64,000 nucleotides of DNA from a virus. Positions 9,316 through 19,305 of the stretch are shown piece after piece; within the stretch, counting starts at the first letter, position 1, and each line of letters begins with the position of its first letter. The position numbers and the translations under genes are program-made. The stretch lies in UHGV virus genome UHGV-0170778. One strand, 5' to 3'. Below the pieces are notes generated by a model. The model saw nothing but the letters and a program-made list of their open reading frames with translations. It was not told the origin of the DNA and did no database searches.

Positions 9316-10068
9316 ATGGTTGTATTGAATAACAATCTAAAGTCAAAAATTAAATCAGAGTGTAGAAATTGGAAGCTGTTGCTACAAGCAGTACCTTCAG
9401 GTGTTATGGCGATGTTCGCTGTATCAGTAATCCTCATGAATTTACTTGCAAATAAGGAAATCAATACAGGATTAAGCTGGTTAGCACTTGATTGTGGAAT
9501 TACTGTTTCGTGGCTCAGCTTTCTTTGTATGGATATGCTAACTAAACGGTTTGGTGCAAAAGCTGCTTTTCAGCTATCTATCACTGCTTGTGCTATCAAT
9601 CTTGTTGTTTGTGGTATTCTTTTTGTAGTATCCAAAATTCCTGGGAACTGGGGAGCATTCTATACATATCAAATTGATGTAGCGAATGAATCACTTAATG
9701 ATACCGTTGGAGGTACATGGTATGTTCTTTTAGGTAGTACTATTGCTTTTGTTTGCTCTTCTTTAACTAATTGTGTTTTGAATGCAGCTGTTGGTAAACT
9801 ATATAGAAAGAATAATTTTCTAGCGTACGCACTTCGTTCTTATAGTTCTACATTGATTGCACAGTTTGTTGATAACTTTATTTTTGCATTGATTGTTAGC
9901 CATACATTCTTTGGATGGAGTATGCTACAATGCGTAACTTGTGCATTTACTGGATGTATTGTAGAATTGATGTGTGAAGTAGTATTCAGTCCTATTGGAT
10001 ACAAAGTATGCAAAAAGTGGGAGTTTGACAATGTAGGATCACTCTATTTGGATATTGTAAATAGATAA
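9316..10068 (+). CDS. YhhQ/QPT-family queuosine-precursor transporter-like membrane protein
   Basis: 250 aa, strongly hydrophobic with several predicted TM helices. Sits inside the deazaguanine cluster. Start may be TTG 9325. Confidence 0.4.
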   Translation: MVVLNNNLKSKIKSECRNWKLLLQAVPSGVMAMFAVSVILMNLLANKEINTGLSWLALDCGITVSWLSFLCMDMLTKRFGAKAAFQLSITACAINLVVCGILFVVSKIPGNWGAFYTYQIDVANESLNDTVGGTWYVLLGSTIAFVCSSLTNCVLNAAVGKLYRKNNFLAYALRSYSSTLIAQFVDNFIFALIVSHTFFGWSMLQCVTCAFTGCIVELMCEVVFSPIGYKVCKKWEFDNVGSLYLDIVNR

Positions 10069-10080
10069 GGAGAATATAAT

Positions 10081-10761
10081 ATGATCAAAGTTGTAGTTAC
10101 AGGTTCTGCAAAAGGTATCGGAAAATCTCTAGTACAGAAAATCGATTTTGAATTATCTCGTCAGCCAGAAGATTATATGATTTACGGTATTGATGTAGAA
10201 AAAAGCAATTTGGATAAATGCTTAAGAAATTACACACACATCATTGCAGATGTGGGTGAAATGTATGAATTGCCTGATATCGAAGATGTAAACTATCTGG
10301 TAAACAATGCAGGTGTACAGAATAGTAAAGATGATATCAGAACTAATTTGATTGGTACTATCAATTGTACAAACAAATATGGTATTCAGCCAAGCATCCG
10401 ATCTATTGTGAATGTGTCTTCTGTAAGTGCACACAATGGAGCAGAATTCCCAGAATATGTAGCAAGTAAAGGCGGTATGCTGTCTTATACAGTTGCAGTT
10501 GCTAAGATGATTGCAAAATTTGGTGCAACTTGTAACAGCATATCTCCGGGTGGAGTAATTACTGATTTGAACAATATCGTTATGAATGATAAAGACAAAT
10601 GGGCTGCAATCATGGAAATGACTCCGCTTAAGAAATGGGCAACAAGAGAAGAAATTGCAGAATGGATTTATTTCATGCTGTTTGTGAATAAAAGTATGAC
10701 TGGACAGGATGTTTTAATTGACAACGGTGAAATGTTCAACCATACTTTCGTTTGGGACTAA
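10081..10761 (+). CDS. short-chain dehydrogenase/reductase (SDR)
   Basis: N-terminal [13 protein letters not shown] (TGxxxGIG), NNAG motif, catalytic YxxxK (YVASK). Confidence 0.65.
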   Translation: MIKVVVTGSAKGIGKSLVQKIDFELSRQPEDYMIYGIDVEKSNLDKCLRNYTHIIADVGEMYELPDIEDVNYLVNNAGVQNSKDDIRTNLIGTINCTNKYGIQPSIRSIVNVSSVSAHNGAEFPEYVASKGGMLSYTVAVAKMIAKFGATCNSISPGGVITDLNNIVMNDKDKWAAIMEMTPLKKWATREEIAEWIYFMLFVNKSMTGQDVLIDNGEMFNHTFVWD

Positions 10762-10774
10762 TAAGGAGGATAAA

Positions 10775-11278
10775 ATGATCTACAAGGAACAAAAAACAGA
10801 CGGAATTACACTTTTAGGTAATCAGAATACAAAATATAAGTACGATTACGATCCGACTGTTCTAGAAAAATTTGAAAAGAAATTTGAAGATTCAAATGAA
10901 GACGAACAAGTAGTTAGCTTGGATTGTTTTGAGTTTGTGTCAAGATGTCCAATTACAGGTCAGCCGGATTTAGCAACAATTCATATTGCATATATTCCAA
11001 ACAAGTATATGGTAGAATCCAAATCATTGAAATTATACTTGTTCTCATTCCAGCAACATGGAGATTTTCATGAATCTTGTGTTCATATGATCATGCAGGA
11101 TCTTGTAGACTTGATTCATCCTAAGTATCTAGAAATCTATGGGGACTTTAATTCTCGAGGCGGGATTTCAATTCTTCCTTGGAGCTGTTATGCAGATGAA
11201 AATCACAAAGACTTGAAAAAGCAACGTCAGATTCAAGTTATGCAATATAACATGAGTCACAGACCTCGTACTTCTTGA
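10775..11278 (+). CDS. queF: NADPH-dependent 7-cyano-7-deazaguanine reductase QueF
   Basis: [13 protein letters not shown] matches the QueF E(x)3CP(x)TGQPD motif. ATG 10775 follows AAGGAGG; the track start at 10718 is TTG. Confidence 0.8.
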   Translation: MIYKEQKTDGITLLGNQNTKYKYDYDPTVLEKFEKKFEDSNEDEQVVSLDCFEFVSRCPITGQPDLATIHIAYIPNKYMVESKSLKLYLFSFQQHGDFHESCVHMIMQDLVDLIHPKYLEIYGDFNSRGGISILPWSCYADENHKDLKKQRQIQVMQYNMSHRPRTS

Positions 11279-11362
11279 TTAACATATAGCATCAGACAGT
11301 GCTGTACACCTAGCTGATGTTAAAATATGAATATTTCAAAAACAGAAAGGAGACATAATATT

Positions 11363-12082
11363 ATGTCTAACAAAACTAATGAAAAAGCAGTTATTCTAAG
11401 TTCTGGAGGAGTTGATTCTACTACTTGCGTAGGTATTGCTGTAGAGCGTTTCGGAAAAGAAAATGTTTGCACAGTTTCAGTCTTCTATAACCAGAAACAT
11501 TCAAAAGAACTTGAATGCGCTCAGAAAGTAGCAAATCATTATGGTGTAGACCATACAGTTATTGATTTGTCAGGTACACATATTTTTGATGATAGCGAGT
11601 GTCCTTTGCTGAAAGGTAGCAATAAAAATATTCGTCATGAAAGTTATGCAGACCAAATTGCTAAAGACGGAGAAGGTATGGTAGAAACATATGTACCATT
11701 TAGAAATGGTCTTATGCTTTCTTCAGTAGCTGCATTTGCAGTTTCAAAGTATCCGGACAGCATTGTACATATTTATCTTGGCGCCCATGCAGATGATGCA
11801 GCTGGAAGTGCTTATGCAGACTGCTCTAAAGAGTTCACAGACGCAATGTACGAAGCTATTTCTATCGGTACTTATGATAAAGTAAAAGTAGAAGCTCCTC
11901 TAGTTAATATGAATAAAGCAGAGGTTGTAAAAACTGGACTTGAGCTTAATGTTCCATACAGATTGACTTGGAGCTGCTATGAAGGCGGTGATGTTCAGTG
12001 CGGTACATGCGGTACTTGTATCGACAGAAAAAATGCATTCAAGGCAAACGGAGTAGAAGATCCAGTTCCATATAAGGAGTAA
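11363..12082 (+). CDS. queC: 7-cyano-7-deazaguanine synthase QueC
   Basis: LSSGGVDSTTC PP-loop. C-terminal CGTCGTC zinc-binding Cys cluster. ATG 11363 follows AAAGGAG. Confidence 0.85.
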   Translation: MSNKTNEKAVILSSGGVDSTTCVGIAVERFGKENVCTVSVFYNQKHSKELECAQKVANHYGVDHTVIDLSGTHIFDDSECPLLKGSNKNIRHESYADQIAKDGEGMVETYVPFRNGLMLSSVAAFAVSKYPDSIVHIYLGAHADDAAGSAYADCSKEFTDAMYEAISIGTYDKVKVEAPLVNMNKAEVVKTGLELNVPYRLTWSCYEGGDVQCGTCGTCIDRKNAFKANGVEDPVPYKE

Positions 12083-12084
12083 AT

Positions 12085-12510
12085 ATGAAAGAATATGTAA
12101 CTTGGGGCAATGTAGAACGATTTGTTTTAGAGCTTGCTGATATTTCAAATAAATGTAATCGTCAATTTGATGGCGTTTACGGCCTACCTAGAGGTGGTCT
12201 TGTTATTGCTGTTATGGTTTCGCATGTACTCGATATTCCTCTTCTATCGGCACCTACTTCTAAGAGCTTGATTGTAGATGATATTTGCGATTCTGGAGAG
12301 TCATTACTTCATTATATCAAGAATACAAGTTCTGAGTACGAAGAAGCAAAAAGACCGTACATTGCAACTATATTTTGGAATGATAATGACTTAGGGATAA
12401 AACCAGATTTCTCTATGTTTAAGAAAAAAGATAGATGGATTGTGTTTCCTTGGGAAAAAGAACAACTACTCGTAGATATAGATGAAACAGAAAGGATTTG
12501 TCATGTATAA
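12085..12510 (+). CDS. Gpt-like (xanthine-guanine) phosphoribosyltransferase
   Basis: 141 aa. YVTWGNV, LPRGGLVIAV, LIVDDICDSGES and WIVFPWE parallel E. coli Gpt YIVTWDM, VSRGGLVPGA, IVIDDLVDTGGT and WIEQPWD. Confidence 0.6.
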   Translation: MKEYVTWGNVERFVLELADISNKCNRQFDGVYGLPRGGLVIAVMVSHVLDIPLLSAPTSKSLIVDDICDSGESLLHYIKNTSSEYEEAKRPYIATIFWNDNDLGIKPDFSMFKKKDRWIVFPWEKEQLLVDIDETERICHV

Positions 12511-12943
12511 ACTTAAAACTCGAATTGATTTTGAAGCAGCGCATAGACTCTATAATGTTAATACATATTCAGAAGAGTGTTCTGATAATCTTCACGGACA
12601 TTCTTATAAAGTTGATGTTGTAGTAGGAAGAGAAACTTTAAACAATGCAGATATGGTAATTGATTTCAAATTGTTGAAAGAGCGTTTACGAAAATGTATT
12701 GTAGATAAATTTGATCATTCATGCATTTTATGCATAGACGACCCTCTTGCAAAATATGTAAATAAATATTGCAAAAAAGTACATATTGTTCCAGAAAGTC
12801 CTACAGCAGAATACATGACAGCTGACTTTGCAGATAGAATTTCTTCTGAATTGATTAAAATAGACCCAGAAGTTGTTGTTCTTTCTGTATCCGTACATGA
12901 AACTGAGAATAATATAGCTACCTGGGAGAAATCTGATAAATGA
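12503..12943 (+). CDS. queD: 6-carboxy-5,6,7,8-tetrahydropterin synthase QueD
   Basis: AAHRL...CxxxHGH (NLHGHSYKVDV) zinc motif. Start ATG 12503 with AAAGGA SD. Confidence 0.8.
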   Translation: MYKLKTRIDFEAAHRLYNVNTYSEECSDNLHGHSYKVDVVVGRETLNNADMVIDFKLLKERLRKCIVDKFDHSCILCIDDPLAKYVNKYCKKVHIVPESPTAEYMTADFADRISSELIKIDPEVVVLSVSVHETENNIATWEKSDK

Positions 12944-13629
12944 AAATAAATGAAATTTTTTATAGCATTGAGGGAGAAGGCATCAGAGCTGGACATCCTT
13001 GTGTATTTATTCGAACATTCGGTTGTAATTTGAATTGTAGTTACTGTGATTCTCAGTATGCTTGCAAAGGTGATAATTACAAAGAGATGTCTATTGTAGA
13101 TATCTTAGATGAGGTAAAAAAGTATAATACTAGATATGTCACGATTACTGGTGGGGAACCATTGATTCAAGATGAAGAAGAAATGTCTTCATTGATTATG
13201 TGCTTGCTATCGTATAATTACTATGTAAATATTGAAACTAATGGTGCTGCAGATCTAGCATATTACAAAGAGATACGATGGAATGAAATTCCTCTCATTT
13301 GTGAAGGACAACTAATATTTACAATGGATTGGAAATCTGATTCTTGTGGTATGAGTAAATTCATGAATAAAGATAATCTGTCTTGTTTGACTGGATGCGA
13401 TGTACTTAAGTTTGTTGTAGGAAGCGAACAAGATCTAATTCAAATGAAAGAGCTATTGCAATCAGATAAATACCTATATAGTCGAGTTAATATATTTGTT
13501 AGCCCTGTATTTGGTGAAATTGATCCTAAATATATAGTTGAGTTTCTTAAACAAAACGGATTAGATAAAGTAAGATTGCAGCTACAGATTCACAAATTTA
13601 TTTGGGACCCGAATGAGCGAGGTGTATAA
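12940..13629 (+). CDS. queE: 7-carboxy-7-deazaguanine synthase QueE (radical SAM)
   Basis: [10 protein letters not shown] radical-SAM cluster loop and TGGEPL motif. Confidence 0.85.
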   Translation: MKINEIFYSIEGEGIRAGHPCVFIRTFGCNLNCSYCDSQYACKGDNYKEMSIVDILDEVKKYNTRYVTITGGEPLIQDEEEMSSLIMCLLSYNYYVNIETNGAADLAYYKEIRWNEIPLICEGQLIFTMDWKSDSCGMSKFMNKDNLSCLTGCDVLKFVVGSEQDLIQMKELLQSDKYLYSRVNIFVSPVFGEIDPKYIVEFLKQNGLDKVRLQLQIHKFIWDPNERGV

Positions 13630-13630
13630 T

Positions 13631-14314
13631 ATGAATAATAAATTAAAAGTAACAACAAAGAAAAACGAGAATGTTACAGCTTCTTGTGCAAATGAAGAAT
13701 ACATGCAATGTATTTATGATGGGAAGCGTCATTTATCTGAGGAAAACTTCAATAAAATCAAAGAAGCAACAAAGATGATACTTGAAGCACTCGGAGAAGA
13801 TGTAAATCGAGAAGGGTTAAGAGAAACTCCTAAACGCGTTGCAAAATATTATGATGAAGTTTTTGAAGGCATTAGATATACTAATGATGAAATTGCTGAA
13901 AAGTTCAATAAATGTTTTGAGGATGTAGAAACAGGAGACCTTGTTGTTGTAGGAGATATTCCTATTTTTAGTTTCTGCGAGCATCATATGGCGCTTATTT
14001 ACAATGCAAAAGTAAGCGTAGGATATATTCCAAACGGCAAAGTAATTGGTCTCAGCAAGATTGCAAGAATTGCAGATATGGTAAGTAAGCGACTTCAGCT
14101 ACAAGAAAGAATTGGGACTGATATTGCTGAAATCTTATCTAAGATACTTGACACAGAAGATATCATTGTTGTTATTGAAGGAGAACATTCTTGTATGACA
14201 GCAAGAGGTGTCAAAAAGCCTGGGACTAGAACTCGGACAAGCGCTATTCGAGGTGCATTTGATTCAGATTCAGACCTTCGTCAAGAGTTCTACAATTTGG
14301 TTTTGTCTAAGTAA
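13631..14314 (+). CDS. folE: GTP cyclohydrolase I FolE
   Basis: FSFCEHHM active-site motif and GLSKIAR motif. ATG 13631 follows GAGGTG. Confidence 0.85.
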   Translation: MNNKLKVTTKKNENVTASCANEEYMQCIYDGKRHLSEENFNKIKEATKMILEALGEDVNREGLRETPKRVAKYYDEVFEGIRYTNDEIAEKFNKCFEDVETGDLVVVGDIPIFSFCEHHMALIYNAKVSVGYIPNGKVIGLSKIARIADMVSKRLQLQERIGTDIAEILSKILDTEDIIVVIEGEHSCMTARGVKKPGTRTRTSAIRGAFDSDSDLRQEFYNLVLSK

Positions 14315-14357
14315 ATTCAACAAAATACAATTAAATCAACAAATACTATACAACCTT

Positions 14358-14424
14358 AAATATTGTTAGATTGTACATAAATATACATGTAATTAAGCAT
14401 TGTCGCTTATTTCTAACAATATTT
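14358..14424. promoter_or_regulatory. perfect 13-bp inverted repeat (AAATATTGTTAGA / TCTAACAATATTT) separated by 41 nt
   Basis: Lies in the 121-nt gap after folE. The right arm abuts the RBS of ORF 14436. Read directly from the sequence. Confidence 0.3.
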
Positions 14425-14435
14425 AGGGTGAATTT

Positions 14436-14696
14436 ATGATTACCAGAGAAAACATGACTACATTGATATCTGCTGCTGATGCAAAGACAACTGCAGATAC
14501 AGCATTTGAAGAACATAATGAGATGGCAGTAGCTGCTGCTATAAACGGACAAGCAAATTTAGGCGAGTATGACTGCTTATATCAAAGCTATATGTCTGAT
14601 GCGTTGATAGCTAAACTTAAAGCAAAAGGATATACAGTAGCAAAACTACCTAATTCTGTAGGACTACAATATGAAATAAGCTGGAAGAGTGCATAA
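14436..14696 (+). CDS. hypothetical protein
   Basis: 86 aa; GGGTG SD. Confidence 0.35.
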   Translation: MITRENMTTLISAADAKTTADTAFEEHNEMAVAAAINGQANLGEYDCLYQSYMSDALIAKLKAKGYTVAKLPNSVGLQYEISWKSA

Positions 14697-14698
14697 TC

Positions 14699-15094
14699 AT
14701 GCCTAAAATAGACAACTTCCGTTTTAATTTGAAAACAGTTGATGAAGTATACTCAAATGTAGTTGTATTCAACAGAAAATATATTCCATATTATATTTGG
14801 GTCAAATTTCCAATATGCATGAGATGTTCAAAAGTGGTCCAAATAGATTGTATATCTTCTAATCAATCGCAGATACAGCTTGCAGGAATAGAATATGAGA
14901 ACTGTTGGGCAAAGATACCTTACACTTCTTTGGATATATCTATTGGGCAACACACTTATAAGTTTTCTGTACTAGATAATAACTTAAATTGTATACAAGA
15001 TTTCTATTTTTCTTACATTGTTCAGTCAGATAATCCAAAAAAGGTGTATAATTACATGGACAATGACGAATGTAATTGTTCAGTCTGTAAATGA
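14699..15094 (+). CDS. hypothetical Cys-rich protein
   Basis: 131 aa; C-terminal CNCSVCK. Confidence 0.35.
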   Translation: MPKIDNFRFNLKTVDEVYSNVVVFNRKYIPYYIWVKFPICMRCSKVVQIDCISSNQSQIQLAGIEYENCWAKIPYTSLDISIGQHTYKFSVLDNNLNCIQDFYFSYIVQSDNPKKVYNYMDNDECNCSVCK

Positions 15095-15822
15095 AATTGA
15101 GGAAAGTTAACATGACACAAAGTAAAGATAAAATTTCAATTTTTAATTCTCATTCGTTCAAGAGATCTCCATACAAAGCAAAAATCATTTCTGCAATACA
15201 AAATCCAGTCAATAAGGAACTGTTATTTCAACTTAAAGATTATATTGACTTTGATTCTATTCCTGATAAATATAAATCAAAGAATAAACAAGTAACAGAC
15301 TCTGATAAGGATTTGATTAAAGAAGGTAAGAATAAAGAAACGTCAAATAAAGACGGAGTACATTCTACTGAACCAAGAGTAAATTTCAAAGAGAAGACGG
15401 ATTCAGAAGAAAAAGTAGATGATGCAAGCTCTGATGGTGCAGAAGATGTAGAACCAAAAAGCAAAAACGATAATGTAACTAGTTCGATTTCTATCAAAGC
15501 ACAAACAGTCTTGAATTCAGCATCATGTTGTGATGCAAACAAACTTCAGTCAGATGTCATTTTGGCTACATTGAATTCAATTGATAACACATCAGGTGTT
15601 TACAGAGTTACTTGTGTTGATCCTAATGAAGTATGGATATATTACAAAGACGATATAAACTTAAACAATGTTATGCCTAATGTTATTGATATCCTTGCTT
15701 CTTCTGGTTTCTATTATCTTACATTCAATCGACTTGCAAGAACTCAGAATGCAATTGTTTTTGAATTTGATCCGGCAAATGTAATAATCGGTGATGGAAA
15801 TGGGAAGACGGAAGAAGAATAA
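15091..15822 (+). CDS. hypothetical protein with low-complexity K/D/E-rich linker
   Basis: 243 aa; overlapping stop/start. Confidence 0.35.
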   Translation: MKLRKVNMTQSKDKISIFNSHSFKRSPYKAKIISAIQNPVNKELLFQLKDYIDFDSIPDKYKSKNKQVTDSDKDLIKEGKNKETSNKDGVHSTEPRVNFKEKTDSEEKVDDASSDGAEDVEPKSKNDNVTSSISIKAQTVLNSASCCDANKLQSDVILATLNSIDNTSGVYRVTCVDPNEVWIYYKDDINLNNVMPNVIDILASSGFYYLTFNRLARTQNAIVFEFDPANVIIGDGNGKTEEE

Positions 15823-16138
15823 CTTACCTATAACAGAAGATTTAGATTTCCATTATTTATTAACATTGATGCCTGCATTATCGAATAAAAAAGAATTTGC
15901 TTGGTTACCAGAGCTTTTTTCTATAATTGGATATGAAAGCTTGATAAATCTTTGCAAGTATGCAGGAGGAGAAACAATAACTATACCTACACTCGATGAG
16001 TTGTCAGATAGTTTATGTGCTCTCCAATATTTCTACGAAATAAACATAAAGAAAAGTAACATAGAATATTATCTACCTGAGTATATAAAACCTTTATACA
16101 ACAAGATAAAGGATGAATATAATGCTCAAAACAGTTGA
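15791..16138 (+). CDS. hypothetical protein
   Basis: 115 aa ORF. Confidence 0.3.
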   Translation: MMEMGRRKKNNLPITEDLDFHYLLTLMPALSNKKEFAWLPELFSIIGYESLINLCKYAGGETITIPTLDELSDSLCALQYFYEINIKKSNIEYYLPEYIKPLYNKIKDEYNAQNS

Positions 16139-16334
16139 AGAATATATAGAGAATTTAGAAGATATTCCATTTTCGTTGTTTTATAAACAATATATAATGG
16201 AAGTTCAAGATGAAAACATAGACAAAGAAGTTTCATATTTGATGCATTCGAGTCAATTGAATGTGTTAAATGTATCTGCATTGATAGATGAAACAGCTAA
16301 GGCGGTGAAATACACAAATGGTGAACTCCAGTGA
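16113..16334 (+). CDS. hypothetical protein
   Basis: 73 aa ORF. Confidence 0.3.
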   Translation: MNIMLKTVEEYIENLEDIPFSLFYKQYIMEVQDENIDKEVSYLMHSSQLNVLNVSALIDETAKAVKYTNGELQ

Positions 16335-16617
16335 TATTCAATTAGCTTACATAGATCTATATAAGAATATAAGAAAATATATATGGGATTTAGATTCAGT
16401 TGAGTTAATTGCTAAGATAGAAGATGAATCAAACAAAAGTTTTCCAGATGTCGGAAATTTGAATCATTTGTTAGATCAGCTAAAACAAATTTCAAAAGAA
16501 AATGAAATTGATAAAGAATTATTAAATTCTATTGATGATTTCAAACATATTATATCCGATGTAACTTCAGATGATATATACACATCTATAATTTCATTTA
16601 AGGAGATAATTCAATGA
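16318..16617 (+). CDS. hypothetical protein
   Basis: 99 aa ORF. Confidence 0.3.
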   Translation: MVNSSDIQLAYIDLYKNIRKYIWDLDSVELIAKIEDESNKSFPDVGNLNHLLDQLKQISKENEIDKELLNSIDDFKHIISDVTSDDIYTSIISFKEIIQ

Positions 16618-16826
16618 AAATTACAAAGAACAGCAAGATAGTTGCAAATGTAGAAGATGATAAGAAAGAACTAGTTGACATAGCTATTAAAGAAGCAAAA
16701 GACCATTTAGATAAAGCTAAAGATTCGTTATTATATATCATAAAGCATTCTGATGATAAAGAAACATTAGATAAAGCGAAACATGTTCTCAGCGAATTAC
16801 TGCCACTTAAGTTTGTGTTAGACTGA
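16614..16826 (+). CDS. hypothetical protein
   Basis: 70 aa ORF. Confidence 0.3.
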   Translation: MKITKNSKIVANVEDDKKELVDIAIKEAKDHLDKAKDSLLYIIKHSDDKETLDKAKHVLSELLPLKFVLD

Positions 16827-16837
16827 TTTATTAAAAT

Positions 16838-17374
16838 ATGGAAGATATCAAAACTTTTGATTATTCTGAAAACGGGTACAATAACGACCCATTATATAGG
16901 AAACAAAAAGAAGGCGTCTCCAAAATGAGGGCGTCTCTTTTGGCGTCCTCAGATAATAGTTCTATGATGGGAGCTATACAGGATATAACTGTAATGCGAA
17001 TATATCATCAGCTTGCTAGAATAATAAGATATACAGAGCTAATAGATAAACTTGAAGATAAACTGTATGAAGGGATAAATTTCGCCTTAGATACAACAGA
17101 TGCGTCGGATCCAAGTGTTTGGCTTATGCTGATGAAGACTCAAAAACAACTACAAGAGACTATGATTGAGTCTCAGAAACTAATCGACCCGTACATAACT
17201 ATGCTTCAAAACAGCGAAAAGTTTGTGAATGCAGTACAAACAGTAGAACCTGCAGAATCAGACATAATTGATGCTAGAAAACGTGACAATATAAGAATTG
17301 CAGCAAGATCTGTTTTGAACGAGTTAGATCAATTAGAATCTAGTCAAGACGAAACGAGCGATTCAGATGACTGA
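16838..17374 (+). CDS. hypothetical protein (possible small terminase subunit, by position only)
   Basis: 178 aa with acidic C-terminus, directly upstream of and overlapping terL. Confidence 0.25.
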   Translation: MEDIKTFDYSENGYNNDPLYRKQKEGVSKMRASLLASSDNSSMMGAIQDITVMRIYHQLARIIRYTELIDKLEDKLYEGINFALDTTDASDPSVWLMLMKTQKQLQETMIESQKLIDPYITMLQNSEKFVNAVQTVEPAESDIIDARKRDNIRIAARSVLNELDQLESSQDETSDSDD

Positions 17375-19292
17375 AACTGAGCAGATAGTAGACAGAATAA
17401 AGAAAATATATTCGTCCTCTACTAATGATCAAAAGAAGTATCTACGACAGATACTTGAAGAGTTAAGTGAATTTGGATATTCTGAAACATATCATAATAT
17501 ATGGTTAGCTGATTACAAAGAGATTCCAGTCGATAAGGAAACTTTCTTATGCGACCCAGAATACTTAGGTTCGTCTAATAATAATGGCAAATCAATATAT
17601 CCTGCTTGGCGAGATGTAATGGATGAGTTAGACCGAACAGGCAATCAATATTATGAAATTGTTTTTACTGGTGCAACTCGTACAGGCAAAACAAGTACAG
17701 CGGTTTCTGATGCTTCATATAATCTTTATAAACTAATGTGTTTAAGAGATCCACAGACTTATTTCGGATTGAAAAAAGTTTCTAGAATATCTGTATTTTT
17801 CTTCAATCTTACACAAACATTAGCAAGAGGTGTAGCTTTCAAAGAATTTATATCAACGCTTAATTCAAGTCCTTGGTTCCATAAACATGGACATTTCACA
17901 AAAAGTGAATCTAACCCTACATATGTTCCTGAAGGTGAACAAATAGAAATAACATATGGTTCTGATGCATCACACGCACTCGGGAAAGCCACATATCTCG
18001 TTATTTTCGACGAGTGCAACTTTGCACAGGCAGGAATCAAAGATGTAAACAAAGCAAAAGCCAGAATGAAAGAAAAGTACGATACACTTGTTGCTCGTGT
18101 AACTGGTACATTTGTGAAACAGGGTGAAGTATTTGGTAAAATCTATGTAATTAGTTCCAAACGAAGTGATTCAGACTTCATGGAAGAGTATGTTGAAGCA
18201 CAGCGACAAGCTGGAAATAAGCATATGTATATATTTGATAAGCCACAATGGGAAGTTTGGCCGCCTTCTAAATACACTTCATCAGAAAAGTTTCCAATTG
18301 CTCTAGGTGGCAAGAAACTGAAGAGTTTTGTAGTCCCAGATGACCAAAACAATGAAAATGGAATAGCAGAACTGAAAAAGCAAGGATATGAAATATTAAA
18401 TGTTCCTTTAGATAACAAAACGAGATTTCTTTCTGATTTCGATGTAGCTTTGAGGGACATAGCAGGAATTACTGTTCAAGGTTCTATGACATTTATATCT
18501 CAAGAAGTATTGGATGAAAATATAACAAAAGAAAGAAAGAATCCATTCTACACTGATATAGTTCAAATAGGCACAAAAGATGATTATTCGCTTGAAGAGT
18601 TCTTCCATATTGAAGAGGTAGACAATAGGTACAAGAAATACCCAATGTATATACATCTTGACTTGTCGTTGAATACAGATAAAACAGGTATATCTGGTAT
18701 ATGTCAATCTGGTAGAAAAGATATTGATATGCCTGACAATAAAACAATGTCACAGCCGACATTTACACATATATTTTCAGTTAGTTTAGAAGCACCTAGA
18801 GGCGATAAAATACCATATGATAAAATAACTAGATTTATATGCTGGCTACGAAATCAAGGATTCTATATAGCTGGAATAAGTCGAGATCAATTTCAAAGTG
18901 AGTATATGGGCCAGCTGCTAGAGGCACAGGGGTTTAATGTAGATAAATTATCGCTTGATAGAACACCTGACGGATATATGGCATTTAGGTCTATATTGTT
19001 AGAACATAGAATTGATTTACTTAATGTAGATTTATTGAATCATGAATTAACAAGGTTAGAAAGAGATGCAGTGACAGGTAAGGTAGATCATAGAGTCGGA
19101 GAAAGCAAGGATATGTCAGATTCAGTTGCAGGTTCTGTCTGGAATGCAACTTTGAAAAATGCACCTATTCCTGTATCTAGAAAGTCTGTTGCTTCTGCAA
19201 TAGGTAAAGTTAATTCTGTTGGAAGTGCTAGCAGGTATGGAGGTGCTTGTTCTCCAAATACCTTTTCTAGTATATACAAAAATTATAGATAG
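17367..19292 (+). CDS. terL: terminase large subunit
   Basis: 641 aa. Walker A FTGATRTGKTS. C-terminal nuclease region with Asp-rich motifs (IHLDLSLNTDKTG). Confidence 0.75.
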   Translation: MTETEQIVDRIKKIYSSSTNDQKKYLRQILEELSEFGYSETYHNIWLADYKEIPVDKETFLCDPEYLGSSNNNGKSIYPAWRDVMDELDRTGNQYYEIVFTGATRTGKTSTAVSDASYNLYKLMCLRDPQTYFGLKKVSRISVFFFNLTQTLARGVAFKEFISTLNSSPWFHKHGHFTKSESNPTYVPEGEQIEITYGSDASHALGKATYLVIFDECNFAQAGIKDVNKAKARMKEKYDTLVARVTGTFVKQGEVFGKIYVISSKRSDSDFMEEYVEAQRQAGNKHMYIFDKPQWEVWPPSKYTSSEKFPIALGGKKLKSFVVPDDQNNENGIAELKKQGYEILNVPLDNKTRFLSDFDVALRDIAGITVQGSMTFISQEVLDENITKERKNPFYTDIVQIGTKDDYSLEEFFHIEEVDNRYKKYPMYIHLDLSLNTDKTGISGICQSGRKDIDMPDNKTMSQPTFTHIFSVSLEAPRGDKIPYDKITRFICWLRNQGFYIAGISRDQFQSEYMGQLLEAQGFNVDKLSLDRTPDGYMAFRSILLEHRIDLLNVDLLNHELTRLERDAVTGKVDHRVGESKDMSDSVAGSVWNATLKNAPIPVSRKSVASAIGKVNSVGSASRYGGACSPNTFSSIYKNYR

Positions 19293-19305
19293 TGAGGTAA
19301 AATTT

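Noticed and set aside
19219-19305. track start of ORF 19219 (MEVLAGMEV...) overlapping the last 74 nt of terL
   Set aside because: ATG 19306 preceded by GTGAGG is the more plausible start. The upstream extension would overlap terL in another frame and has no RBS.
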